Notes under the pieces: generated by a model
Told to the model about the DNA's origin: nothing
Databases searched by the model: none
What the model saw: the letters and a program-made list of their open reading frames with translations, nothing else
Origin: Camelus dromedarius
Taxonomy: Eukaryota
Direction of reading: 5' to 3'
Assembly: GCF_036321535.1 (NCBI RefSeq)
Contig: NC_087447.1
Location: forward strand, 52,330,001-52,394,000
DNA length: 64,000 bases
Translations under genes and position numbers: made by a program
Shown here: positions 24,029 to 37,040 of the stretch, one piece after another
Layout of the letters: every line of letters begins with the position of its first letter
How positions within the stretch are numbered: the stretch's first letter is position 1

Positions 24029-25449
24029 GAGGTAATGGAAGAAGTAAACTTTTTCCTGGCTGCTTCCTTTGTTTTCTAGAAGAAATAAAATAGAAAGGCC
24101 AAGCTTAGTGTCCTGGAGACAAGTGCTTCAGAGTCTGGCTGACATGGGTCTGAATTCTGGTCCTGTCACACTCATTAGCTGTGTGACCTTGTCAAGTTAC
24201 TTAATCTCTGTGAGAGCATCTACAAAATGAGGATAATTATACCTACTCACAGACGGAAAATTAAATGAGAGAATAGTGAGTTTCCTTCTAGACTGTGAGC
24301 TCTGTATTTCTAATGCTTAGCACCAGCACTTCTTCATTGTAAATCTAATATAAATGTTTATTGACTGGGCCTTCAATGCTAATGTTCATTGTTTTCTGAC
24401 TGATTACCATGTGCCAGGGGCTATGCTAAATTCTTCATAGGCATGATTTCATTTTATCCTAAAAACAACCCTGTAAATCATGTATTATTACCCCGCTTCC
24501 AGCTTTGAGATAACTGAGACTCTGAGAAGTTAGGAGACTTGTCCGGAATAATACAGTTAGTAAGAGGGGAGCCATCAGAAATCCCAACATCACAGAGGCA
24601 GAGCCAGGACTCACAGCCAGGCCTCCTGACTCTGTTCTGTCCCGCCCCCGCCTCCCATAGCACCCATCAAATGACACACACAGCACATTCTCAAGGACAG
24701 TTATTTCCCCTTTCTTTTTCCTTTTGACCTCTGATGTTTTGGGATTCCTCAGACATCAGGGCAATATTTCAGGATATTTAGAGGGGCTTAGTCATCATTT
24801 CCAGCCAACATCTGTTGAACATTTGCAGCAGGCTGGCTCTGGGTTAGTTCCTGGGCAGAGACACCTCTATCTTGGCTGTGACTTCCAGATTTCTGGACTA
24901 TCCAGACAAAATCAAAGTGAGAGATCTAACTCTCCTGAATGACTTGAGGGGAGAGAAGGTGCCCACCCAGGTGCCTGGGGAGTCTGATTTGCCCTGCCCA
25001 TGGTCCTAGGTGGCAGGGTAGGCTGGACTGGAGATCCAGCCCCGCCCTGATCTCGCTGGCACATGGTCCAGTCAGCCCACATCTGTGGAGCTCACTTCTT
25101 CCCTGTGTGAAAGCAGAGTAGTAGACCTGATTCATCTGGTGAGCAAATATTCCGGTCAGTTGTTTACAAACTCCTCACTCCTAGAATCCTACTGATAATT
25201 TCCTCTCAATTACCTAATGTTGTAAAATACTTTGTTTCTCACACAAGCTAGATTCATTGATGAATCATTAATTGCTTTCTCATTTTTTAATCAAACACAA
25301 GTAAAGCAGATGATCAGAATTTCTGGTAGGACCAAGAGGATTCAGTGAGTGGATCCCTGGCACCTGGCTCAGTGCAGACCTGCAGCAGGCCCTGTGTTTT
25401 GTAAATGAACGGATGGATGGAGGAATGCCTGGGGCTAAGCAGAAGAGCA

Positions 25450-25900
25450 CTAAATGGTGGGAAATAGAGTCAGAAAGACCCAGATCTCAATTCCAGCTCT
25501 ACCATTTTCAAGCTGTTTGATTTTGCATAGTCACTTACTTCCCTAAGGCTCAACCATCCCATCTATGAAAGGAGAACAATTAGACACATCTTGCAGGGCT
25601 CTTGTGGAGGTGATTAATGATGATAACAATTAAGATGAGAAAAATCAGAGTAGCTAACACTTATACAGAGCATAGTATGTGCCAGGCACTGGTCTAAATG
25701 CTTTACACATATTAACCCAATCTTCATAATAAGCCTAGGAAGCAGGTACTATTATCACTCCTGTTTTACAGATGGGGAAACTACAGCACAAGAAAGATGT
25801 TATGTAACATGCCCCAGGACACACTTGTATGGTGGAGACAGAATCCAAACCCATTTGGTCTGGCTCCAGAGTCTGTGCTCTTAACCCTCCACTCTGCTGC
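25450..25900. mobile_element. Adjacent MIRs in opposite orientation (plus ~25450-25630, minus ~25645-25900)
   Basis: gagtcagaaagacccagatctcaattccagctct..., then gtatgtgccaggcactgg...ttttacagatggggaaact...ctggctccagagtctgtgctcttaacc. Confidence 0.75.
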
Positions 25901-26280
25901 CTGGGCAGGTCATCAAAGTTGCTGAATACATAGCACAGTAACTCCCATGCTTACTGAGCGGAAGCCCACAGGCTGGCAGCGCACTCTTACAGAGGGACGA
26001 TGAGCATGGTGTCCGGCAGGGCTTTTGGCAATAATGGCAGTCACTCAGAGCACCCTTATATCTGCATAATCTGTAATGACCAGCAACAGCCGTTGGGATG
26101 GAGTACAAGGTGCTGTTAGAGACTGGCTCTGCTGGGGGCTGTGCCACAAAGACCAGAGTGAGTGGAAGGAAGAATGAGGCAAGGGCTATCTGTTTAGCCT
26201 CCATTTCTGGAAGACACACAGGAGTCCACTTGCTCAAGGCTATCTCCAACCACCATGCCTTTGCCTCTTTCATGTACCTA

Positions 26281-26790
26281 TGTGGCTGTTGCTTGCCTGG
26301 CATTTCTGGGTGATAGAAATTCTATTTTTGTTTTGGGGAGCCCTACTCTCAGCTTCTGAACTTGGATGGAACCGGCTTCAGGGAGGCCAAGGAGAGCATC
26401 CCATTTCTCCCACCAGGGTGTCTGATGCAGGTGGGGACACGTGACCCTGCCCAGGCCAATCGGAGACCATCCCAGAATTTTGCAGGCACTCTGGAGAAAG
26501 AGGTGCTCTATTTCCCCTGGGTTTACAAAGCTGGTAGCATATAAGCCTGGAGAGTTCGTTTGTCATCAGATGGGGAATGCCTGTGTGAGAATGAGGCCAA
26601 AACAAAGAGAAACAGAGTCAAGAGTCAGAGAAAGAGATCCATGGAGGCATCATTTGGATGCCTGGATCGAGCTAAATCTATGGAAAAATGACCCCTGGAC
26701 TTTTCAGTTAAATCACTCACTACATTTTCTTTTCTTAAAAGAGCTGTTGGAGTTGGGTTTCTATCCTTTACAAGCTACGAGTCCTGTCTC
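26281..26790 (+). mobile_element. MaLR LTR (MLT1K/J-like)
   Basis: cacgtgaccctgcccaggccaatc...gagaatgaggccaaaac...cccctggacttttcagtta...gagttgggtttct. Confidence 0.7.
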
Positions 26791-29700
26791 ACCCACTCCT
26801 ATTGCTTACTCAGACTGGAGTCCCTTTTCTGGCCCTCTCCTCAATCCATAGGTCGAAACTCAACTCAGAGGCTGCAGTACCACATCAAAGCCCTTGCACA
26901 ATCTGCAGATAGACCTGGCCAGGCTCTTCTTGGGCCCCATGAACTACAGTGACAAGGTACCTGCGCTTGGGACACAAATGCGTGGGCATGCACGTGTCCC
27001 CCACTGACTGTGAGCCTGATGTAACTTCTTCACCTCCACGCTCCTTGCACCCAGCCCAGTGTTTGCCACATGGTAGGTGCACATGCTCTGACATCACCAG
27101 CATTTAAGCAAATGATCACAAACATTCTAATTAAAAAAGAATGCTCCACTGATGGAAAGTCTGGCCATTTCCACCTCATGAAAAAATGTCCTGTAATGAT
27201 CTGTGGATGTTAAATAATGAGAGAACGTCCACTTCCAGGTGGCAGATCATGGCCCGAGTGGGAACAATGGAAGCAGCTGCGGTGCTGAGCCTGGAGGCAG
27301 GGAAGGGCCATCCTCCAGGCACAGTACCCCAGTTGCCGCCTTGCTCAAGTTCTCGTCCTGCCGCTGCATTACTCATGGGCACTGTTGCTAATCACAATCA
27401 CTCTCATCGATTTTTTTCTTCTCCCCAAGGACGAACTACCTCATCCTTCCCTCTTCGAATGACCAAGATTATGTGAAAGCAGCCATCTGGTACATGTTAG
27501 GCATCACCCCCGAAAGGAAGTCATCCAACAATATATTACCAAAAAATCTTTTAATGTCTCCATTCTCTTAACTGTCCATGCAAACTGGGCAGAATAATTC
27601 CAAATGGAGAAAACTACGCTTGAGGCTGTGGCTGTGACTCACAGCCCTTCCTGTCAGGTCAATCAGAGAAAACAACTCGGTGCCCGCCTGTCTCCCCACA
27701 TCACCAAACACTGAGCCTCCTGTGTGCCAGGCACTGGGCTAGGTACTTTGCATGTACGCTGTCTGATCCATGGTGCAGCACTGTCATCCTCATTTCACCA
27801 AAGAAGAAACTCAGTCTCAGAGAAGTGAAGGGATTAGACTGAGGTTACCCAGTAAGTGTGGATTCAAACCGAGGACCAGCTCGGACAAACATAGGATCTT
27901 TCTACCTCCCCCACTGCCCACTCCGCCATTGACACTGTATGTTAAAGGGATTCAGCAAAGCGAGGAACAGCCAGTCCTGTGGCATGTATGTGATGTGCTG
28001 AGTTCCATCTCCAGGCTGGCATTACCTAGACCAGTACAGGAATGGGGGAGATGCCTGGGTCTGTCATATCTGGATATCCCAAGATGCTGTGACCCAGCAG
28101 ATAGGTCAGCTCCCTAGAGCTGAGGTCTGGGCAGGGAATGCCACATCACAGTGACCCATGCCCCAAGACAAGTGGGTTGGCCCCAGAGGAACTTCAGATA
28201 TACATCTCTGTTACTCCCTGTCTAGAATTCCAATGTGGCACTTAGGAGTATGTCTAAATGTCAGAAGCCTCCATGAAGATAGAGTCTGACTGCCCTCTTC
28301 ACACACACTCGAAGGCTGAGCCATCATTACAGACACTTCCCCTCTGATTCTCCTCTTTTGCCTGCTCCAAGCCCATCGTGCAGCACAGCAGGGCCGTAAC
28401 CAGAAAAGGCAGGCACTGCAGGCCCCTGGGGGAATCCTGCTCTCCCAGAGGACTGAGGGGAAGGCCTGGAAATGGAAAGCATAGGGCCAAGATAAGGAGG
28501 GAGGTGTCAGTCTTGCAGAGTCCGGCGTCTGGTTGACAGCTCACGGCAGTTCTTGTCCTGAACCCATCACTAGGCTGAGTCACATACTGCCTATTTTCCT
28601 GGAGATCTCAAACTTTTTCTGAAGACCACAAGCACTCCCTTGGAACTTCAAACCCCTTTCCTTCACTGACCTTGCAGTACAGGGTCAAGTCAACCAGCTT
28701 TTACTGGAACCTCTTACATATGATGCCATGTGGTAGACATGGAGTGAGGGAGGGTGAGGCATGAATACCATCCCTGCCAGCAAAGCAGTGAGTCTCCTGT
28801 GGGAGATGGGCTTGGAGACGATGAACACGAACAGGTGCTCCTATCGGGGGAACTGCTGATATCAAGGTGTATGTAGAGGGTGATGGGGCTGGGAGGGGCT
28901 GATGTTCTCCTGCAAAATTGGGAGAGAGCCTAGGAGAAGTCAATAAATGCTTTCCAGATGCCAACATGCAGCAAACATTCTGCAAAACATTTCTATACCT
29001 GTCTCAGAGGCAATCTCTGGAGGCCTTGAAAGGGTGGGTAGAATTAATTGATGTGAATCATGCATAAAATACGCAGGCACAGCTTGAGCAAAGGCAGGCA
29101 GAAAACAAAGGGAATGTGGTCTATATCATTCAAAACGCAATTAACTAAGTCCTACCCTCGTGATGCCTTTACGATGACAGTTCTTATTACTTAATTCTTG
29201 CTGGGTTTTTGCCCAGTGTCTCCAACTAGGCCAACTTGTCTGTATCCTTCTTTAAATCACTGTTCTCCCCAGAGCCCTCACAGTGCTCTGCTGGCTGCAA
29301 AGGCAACTCAACCATTCCCGAGGAATTGAGGACTACATTCCCGTAGGATAAAAGAACCCTGAGTGGACTGATACAAGAGCAAATCTCATTTCTGAGTAGC
29401 CTATCCAAAGGCAGGTTGTAATATCAAAAGAAAATCCCTAGCACGGTGACTCAAAGACTAGAAGTGAGTGGACTAGAAGTGGCAACAGTGTGGAAATCCT
29501 GGTCTGAGGTATGATTATAGGTCAGCAGGTATCGTAACCCCAAAGGCCGAGGACTTTAGGTATCAGGAAGGAAGTTCAACCAAAATGCCTCTCGAGTACA
29601 AAATACAAACAGCTGAACAAGGGGGGTTCAGTGGGGAGGCAGGAACGTCTCAGGATCAGTCTCAGAATGAAGTGAGGGAGGAGGCGGTCGCGGAGCAGGT

Positions 29701-29944
29701 GCTCAGAGCATCCTTAGCATCACCACCATCCTATCGCTACGTCCTCAGTACAGAGGGACCTGCCCAGCCACGAATTCCTTTCTGCAACACTTTTTTTTTT
29801 CCTCTTAAGCAACTATTTTATGCCAAGTATTGAAAGAAGCACAGGGTACACAATGACAAACAGGAATAGCTGGTTCCCACTCTTAAATGGAAGAAAGAGC
29901 AGTGAACAATCCAAAATCAAGGGCAGCAGGCAGCATGACACGGT

Positions 29945-30116
29945 CAGGGCTGGCTTTGTGGGTGTGTGACCATGGTAGTCATCAGGCCGCACCCTCAGAG
30001 GACCCTGTATTTGGTTTAACATACTGTCCCCATCTTGAAATTCTTCCAAATTTTTGAACAAGGGACCTTGTATTTTCATTTCCCAGTGGGTCCCACACAT
30101 AATATAGTCTGTCCTG
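29945..30116 (+). mobile_element. MER91A (hAT-Tip100 non-autonomous element)
   Basis: cagggctggctttgtgggtgtgtgacc...catcttgaaattctt...tttttgaacaagggacc...tttcattt...gtcctg, with CAGG...CCTG termini. Confidence 0.75.
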
Positions 30117-30139
30117 GATATAAGAAAGTTTTGCTGTTC

Positions 30140-30618
30140 AGCTTCTATTCTGCCCTTTCCTTACTGAGTGGCAACAATGTAGTCTGGGGAACTGGGCTTT
30201 TCACAAGGTACCTGAGAAATCTAAGGGTGATCCCATCCCCTGGGCTAATGAGTGGTTCAGGAATGACCATGTGACAGTTCTGGGCAGTGAGCCTTGAGGG
30301 GGAAGTTTCCTGGAAGTTCCTGGACAAACTCTTCTATGCTTTTAATACTGAGCAATGGGAAGCCAGTCTCCCTTGCCCATTGAATGAACAAGATACTCTG
30401 CATTGCTACTAGCAGCTACCCCACAACTACAAGGGGCAGCCAGCCTGTGGATGGTAGAGCAGAAACATGGAGAGAACCTGGGTTCTTGATAATGCTGTTG
30501 GTCACCGGAGCAACTGGCCCTGAAGCCCACCCTACCTCTGAGTTTCCTTTTATGTGACAATATACATCCTAATACTTGGTGTTTTCTGTTAATTACAACC
30601 TTAAGCATCCTGACACTG
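30140..30618 (+). mobile_element. MaLR LTR (MLT1J-like)
   Basis: catgtgacagttctgggcagtgag...ggatggtagagcagaaacatggagagaacctgggttcttgat...ttttctgttaattacaaccttaagcatcctgacactga. Confidence 0.7.
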
Positions 30619-31344
30619 AGTTGACCGACTTTGTTCTAAATCCTGCTTCTGCCACTTATCAACAGCACCTGTTAAGGCAAGTCCCACTTTCTCTCCTCCA
30701 CTGGAAGAAGAGGGCAAGGAACCACATGGTATCAGCCTGTAGTGAAGATCAGAGGAGGCAGTGCTAGCGCAATTGCTGGGACTGCGCCTGGTGCACAGCA
30801 GGGCTCAGTCAGTGCTAGGTGTTATGACGATGATAATGTTGTGTCCTAAAAGAGAGCTGCTGACCATTGCATTTCCTGGTGATGAACTGCTTATGAGCTG
30901 AATTTCCCAACTGGAAGGAAAAGCAGTAGAAATCTATTAAAAAAAAACAAAAAAAACCTTCTTTTTTCATAAATAGCAAGGAAGGAAAATGCAAGAGAGC
31001 TGGAGTCTGTGAGTAACTTGACAGATACTTACCCAAGTGTGGAAGTTGCCTAAAGATGGCACCAGTTATGTTGGAAAGATGGTGAAAATGCAGATGCTTT
31101 CAAACATACGTCCATGTCAGTTTGAAAACTGTTTCTATGTGGTTCTCTTACACAGCCATCAGAGGAATGTTCCAGAAGGTCATTTCCCTGCCTAAAGCCC
31201 TTCCATGGCTCCTGGTTCTCTTCACGATAAAGTCCAAGTTCCTCTGCCTGGCATTCCAAGTTCTTTAAGATCTGGTTGCTTTTACAGCCTCATCTGTCAC
31301 TGTATCCCTTGGCCACACTGAACTATGTGCAATTCTCAAACAAG

Positions 31345-31830
31345 GCAATAAAAGAAAGGCAATCAACAACTCCAAGAAAACTAAAGGCATGTATAAGAAA
31401 GGAGGCATGGTAGTGCACTACTTGGCTCAAGAGCAAAAGAAACAAAAAACGAAACCAGAAGACCATAATTTAGAAACAATCATAATTATATGACCAATGA
31501 CTACATATTTAACCAAAAATGATTATAACAATCCTGTTAGGGCTGTGGTGAGGGAAAGCAAGAGAGTTGGTAGTGTGGGAGTTCTTCCATTGCAGGAAGC
31601 CAACAGACAATATCTAAAATAGATCAATGAAGAGATACCAGTATACGCACCTTATTTACATGGAGGTAAATAGCAGAGGAAACAGCTAGAAGAGATCAGA
31701 GTTGTTGTCAGCAGGAGAGTGGGGCTTGGGAGTGGGGAAGGCTGGAACAAGGGACTGCTACTTGTTTATTACAAACACTTCACTAAAATTTAACTTAAAA
31801 AAGTTTGTATATATATTATTTTCCTTTAAG
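31345..31830 (+). mobile_element. Old L1 (L1MC/ME-type) 3' fragment
   Basis: A-rich, with aagaaagg...gtagtgcactacttggctc and caagggactgctacttgtttattacaaac. Confidence 0.55.
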
Positions 31831-31875
31831 AATCATGACAAATGATGTTTTAAAAAAAGCCATAAAGGTACAGCT

Positions 31876-32787
31876 TTAACACCAAGTGTGATGTTAACAT
31901 TACACTTTGAGAAAAGACACAGTAAACAGAGCTGCAGGGTGGTATTTTACAGATCAAGATAACCCACCCTCTTACACAGTGAACACCCATAATTAAGGGA
32001 CTCATCTGGAATCCATCATTGACATGGGCTCTTGAAGGCTCTGGAAATGCTGATTTACCTGGCTTTACAGATGATGATTTTCCAAGTTTGGGGGATAAAG
32101 ACAAAAATCTTTATCATACTGTATATTTTTGCTCCTTGTTATAAAACATTGATATTCACCAAAATATGTTTTTCCTATAAACCACTCTCATTTTTTTTTG
32201 TTTGCAGTGCACTAATGTTCAGTGAAGCATTTGCTTTTAGTCTATGCGTGAGCATGGTGTTGGAATTCCTTCACAAGGATTATTTTGCTGTTTGCTTGGA
32301 GCTTGTTTCTGATGAATTATTTGCTTGTGTGCATTGTGGCTACTAGCATAGAAATTGATTAATGTTAAAGTTGTTTGTAAGCTGCTGTGTGCCATTTTTT
32401 TTTACTGATATATTCCCTCTGTCTACAGAGATTGCATAGGAATTTATTCCAGTTTATTCTCCAAGAAAAGAACTAATGATGTATTACATTTATGTTAGAA
32501 AAAAACAAACAAAATTTGTAAGGAATGTAGCTGGCTCTACACCACTATACTCAAGAAACCTTAGAATGTTGAAAGGAAAGGATGTAAATGGAGAAGTTTA
32601 TACTGATTGAAATTAGTAAGGAATGGGATTTGAATATTGACTAATGTGAATCCAAGAGGTTTTCTTATAGAAGCTTCTACCCATAATATAGGACATATCA
32701 GTGTCTTCCAAGTTCTCACTGGACCAGACATGCAGGATCAACACTCACAAGGCTCCTGTGTTAAGACAAAGGGCTCAGCAGTGTTAA
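31876..32787 (+). mobile_element. Candidate decayed piggyBac-like DNA transposon
   Basis: TTAA-CAC...GTG-TTAA ends with degenerate inverted similarity, and broken frames LEGSGNADLPGFTDDDF, EIA*EFIPVYSPRK...NVAG and KGCKWRSLY*. Confidence 0.4.
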
Positions 32788-33644
32788 GGTTTAGAAGATG
32801 TGTGTAAAGTTTTCTTCCAACATCTGTTATTCATGTCCTCCAAGTCAGGAACCCCATCAAAGCAGAGAACCTATCAGAGAGTTAGCTCTCAATCAGGCTC
32901 AGCTCTCTCCCTTCCACCACAGAAGGAAGAAAAAAAAAGTCCTGCTTTCTCCCTCTCTCTTTTAATCACACTCAGTTCAAAGCAACCCTCTGTGATAGCC
33001 AGAGCTTTCCTGTCCAACTTTCTGAGATCCTTGAAGCCTCTCCCAGGAAATCACCAAACCTACACCTCCCAGTCCACTGGTTGCTACCATTTAAAACAAG
33101 GTCCGGTATTGGGGCCACTGCCTTCCCCTGAAGCCATCACCATCACCACCACCCACCCCCACGCTTCCTCAGCAAGCAGAGGGCGGGGGGCCCCAGGACC
33201 AGCTCCTTCCTCTGCATCCCTGCAAATAAAGCAGCCACTGAGCCTTCTGGTTCTTTGTCTACAGCCAGCCTGCCATTCTGCTAAAGCTGTATGCCTCCCA
33301 ACAGCTTCCAGGAAGGAGACTAGGAGGCTGAGGGAGAAGCGAGGTCTGCAGCTGAAGCTATCCCCTACAACTTAGCTGGAAAGTTTCAAGGAGGCAACGT
33401 TATGCTTTAAGAAACAAAAAGGACTTTTTTCCTAGCCTGAGAGGAAAAACACCTCTCTTCCACTAACATTTAATGAACAACTCTCAATGACTAGGATATG
33501 TAAATGTATGACAAAGCTTAACCAATTAAAACAGTGTGCAAATCGTTCAGAAATCTGGACGGGTCTGGACAGAATAGATTCATAGCCTTGAAATACATCT
33601 CAGGATACGTGAGAACTCACTATATAATAAAGGTAGGAGTACAA

Positions 33645-33860
33645 AATGGGGGTTAGAGTATGGGCTTTGGAGTCAGATCCACATGGGTTCAAATTCCAGC
33701 TCTCCCGTTTGCTGTGTGGCTCTGTACCTATGATATAACTTTTTGAATTCCACTTTCCTCATACTTAACGGAAATAATTAAACCTAGTATATAATTATGT
33801 AATAAATTATTGTTTTCAGGATTAAATAAGAAAATATAAGAGACATACTTAGCACAAGGA
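33645..33860 (+). mobile_element. MIR SINE
   Basis: ggttagagtatgggctttggagtcagatccacatgggttcaaattccagctc...cttagcaca. Confidence 0.8.
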
Positions 33861-36784
33861 CAGGCATCCAGGAAGGGGCACTGACTGAGTGGAGCGGGCT
33901 TTGGTGTGAGGCCCACTGGATTTGAACCCAGATTCCATCACATGTGAGTTGGAAAGGCTCCGTGTCACTTTCCACATCAGTAAGGTGGAGATAATGGCCG
34001 TATTTCTTGTATATAAAGATGCCAGTACAGAGGTATTTAAGCACCTCCTACATTTTTGTGTCTGCCACTTGCAGAAAGGGAAATTCACCTGGCCGGAGGT
34101 TGAGGGCAGAGCCCTTGGTGAAGCTGATGGGAGAGGCCTGGAGCGCAAGGTCCCTCCCGGTCCGTGCCCTTGCAGGTGCCTGTCTACACCTGCAGAAAAG
34201 AACCTCGCCCTTAGAATGCTCATTACCCACCACTTTGGCCCCAGCTGCCCACAAATCTGGTTCCTTCAAAAGCTGCCTGCAAATTCAGATGGCTCCCGCT
34301 TTCCTGCCGGGATATTGCAGACATTCATGGAGGGTAAACTCGCTGTCAGTTGAGGTTGAAATAGGCAGGACAAAGCAACAGCAATCAAACTGCTTCCGCG
34401 TGTGGCAGGTAATTACAGAATCTGCTAAATTACAGTGATTAGGCATCGCCAAGGAGAAGTCAGAAGTCTCTAGCAACTTTAGAGGTGGGAGGGGGAAAGT
34501 TTAATTAAACAGCTCCTTGCAACGGATTTAATCTCTCCCTTGAAAAAAACAATGGGTTCAGAAGAGACCAGAGAGAGAGAGAGTGCGGGTGCTCTGGGGA
34601 AGGGGGTCCAGGGAAATCCTCCCACAATGGGGCTGCCTAGGTCTTTAAATGGTTCTTGGGGAGTAGGTGATGAAATGGGAGACCGTGGCCTTTATTATGG
34701 AAATGGAAGACTTAAGTTGAGAATCAGGGCCACTGGGGGGAGGAGGTAAAGAGGAGACCCTGTTATAATAGTTGATAATGTCCTGCTGAGGCTGGGGCTT
34801 ATTTGCATAAATACAGCTGAGCCAAGCTTCAGGTGGCTGTAGATTTTTCTCTCGAAGGAATTATTCTCCTTGTGTCAAAAGTTCACCACCCCCAGACTGT
34901 CATTTTGGTAAGAAATGTGCCTTTTTTAGCCACCAAACATTGAAAACAAAGGCTGCTCTGCTGGGAGCCCATTTTACCAGCAAAGCTTTCTTTGAAGACT
35001 AATTAAACTGAGATTCTGGACAGAACAGGACCCACTGCATTTGTAGGGTGGGGGCCAGGAAGGCCGAACAACTTAGATGGAGCAGCTCTGTGCCTCTGTC
35101 TGGGACTAATTTTAATTTCACCCTGAAAGCTTGACAGAGGGGGCTGGGCTTCTGCAGACTGAAGAGTTGCCTGCTGAGCTGGCGATCCCCAGTGGAAAAA
35201 GTTCTAGAAGGACTATGGGTGTGTATCTAAATGCTGCACCCCTGGACGTTTATATGACTTTCCTAGGCCTCATTTTCCACTTCTGTACAATATGCATATT
35301 GACTCTGGGTACCTTAAGTGGTTATAACGTGATGGAATAATATTGAGATTATTAAACATGATTGACTTAGAAAGGAAGAAAGAGAAGCTAACAGATCAAT
35401 CTGCTCAAAGCTCTGAATCTGCCACTGTCTTACTCAGAAATGTTCTGTGGTTCCTCTGTTCCAAATACAGGCCCATTTCTGCCAATTAGAGAGTTAGCTA
35501 TAGTGTAGTGAGAACGATGGACTTGGAGTTAGTCTTTGCACACACACAGGTCCCTCCACCTGAAATACCGTTTCTTCTTTCTCCACAGGGCTAAGTGTTA
35601 CTCATCCATTAGCTGTGTGTGATCTTGACAATGACTTAACCTCTCTGAGGCTCAGTTTGTTCATCTATAAAATAAGAAAACTGCAAAGTCTCAGTTGCCA
35701 GGATCCTTGGGAAGATTAGATTCACCCACCTCTGAAGTGGCCTGGGCCACAGCAGGTTCTCAGCGAATGCTGTTGATTGTGACAAAGGTCACACTCCAAA
35801 GACTACCAGGAAAAGGACAGGAGCCTTATCTAAAACAATCTTGATTGTAAACTCGAAGAACATCTCAGATATTTAAAAAACTGAACCATGTGGATAAAAG
35901 CCCTTTCTCCTGACTGTGGCAATGATTAAAACCAGGCCTTTAGCAAAGAAAAATTCGACACACTCTAACCCTTCAGAGGCAGGAAGCTATCGTTAAAAGG
36001 TCACCTTTTCGGCCCAGACTTTATACGGTCCAGGGGAAGGGTTCCAAATGGTTATGCTTTCATTTTGCAGTGTTGCCAGGAGGATTTGAGAATCCACAGG
36101 GCCTCATCTGTTGTTCCTTAAGCAAACATCTAATGTAATTTGAAATTTCACTTCATCATTTTGATGGCCGCCAGCAACTCTCCCCCTTTTAGGGAGGTTA
36201 GGGCATTTTTTGAACAGCCAAAAAGGTGCCAGCTCTATATGGATTCTCTCTGACCACCAGTCACAAAGAAAATTACAGAACAGGTTGTGGAGAAGTGCCT
36301 CGCCCATGATTTCCCCATGTGGCTCTTCTCTCTCTCCTTTTCCAGAAGCCAGTATTTTTTTGAGGCATGCTACCTCTAAGTCCTAATACTGGCCCCAATG
36401 CATACTAAAAAGAAAAGATATCTACAGCCCCGAAAGGAGGCAGGGTAAGAAGGGAGTCAGCTGGGGCCAATGGGTAGACTGACTCTAAAACCCCACAGCC
36501 TAAAGTGTGGGTTTCTCAGTTGTTAAATAGAAAAGATGTGCCATAGAAAACAGGAACTAGGCACTGCATCTGCAACAAAGCATCCACCAAATAAATCAGT
36601 AAATACTTAACTGGCTACTGATCCCATAAGGAAGGAGGCAAGGAACGAAGGACCCATGGACTTTTGGCAGACTGTCACCTTACTTCATCCTGCACATATC
36701 CAGCAAAGCAGGTGTTATTGTCCCGCTACAGAGCATCTGGTTAAGTGACCGGCCCACGGTCCCTGTGCTGCTAAGAGGTAAAGC

Positions 36785-37040
36785 CACGGGGTAGGACGGT
36801 AAAGCGTATGGGTTCTGAAATTAGATCAGGATTCCAGCCTAGGCCTGATGTGAATTCGACTCCTTCCTAGCTGTGGAAGCTAGGCAGCTTAATAGATCCC
36901 TGTGCTTTCATTTACAAATGGCAATGATAACAGTAATACCTACCTCCTATGGTTACAGGAGGGCTGAGTGGAATAATTCTGTAAAGCACTTAGTAGGCTG
37001 CCTGGCATGTAGAAAGTACTCAGTGAAAGCCATTGTCCTC
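36785..37040 (+). mobile_element. MIR SINE
   Basis: acaaatggcaatgataacagtaatacctacctcct...gtaaagcacttagtaggctgcctggcatgtagaaagtactcagt. Confidence 0.75.

Noticed and set aside
24285..24305. ctagactgtgagct resembling miR-708-3p/miR-28-3p (miR-708 is hosted in TENM4)
   Set aside because: It is an ordinary L2 3' remnant. No complementary AAGGAGCTTACAATCTAG arm is nearby, and miR-708 lies in a far upstream intron.
32800..33375. 191-aa plus-strand ORF
   Set aside because: Non-ATG start, low-complexity Ser/Pro content, antisense to TENM4 and no recognisable domain.
34528..34541. 14-mer ttaatctctccctt, reverse-complementary to 60187-60200
   Set aside because: Several 14-mer matches are expected by chance within 64 kb.
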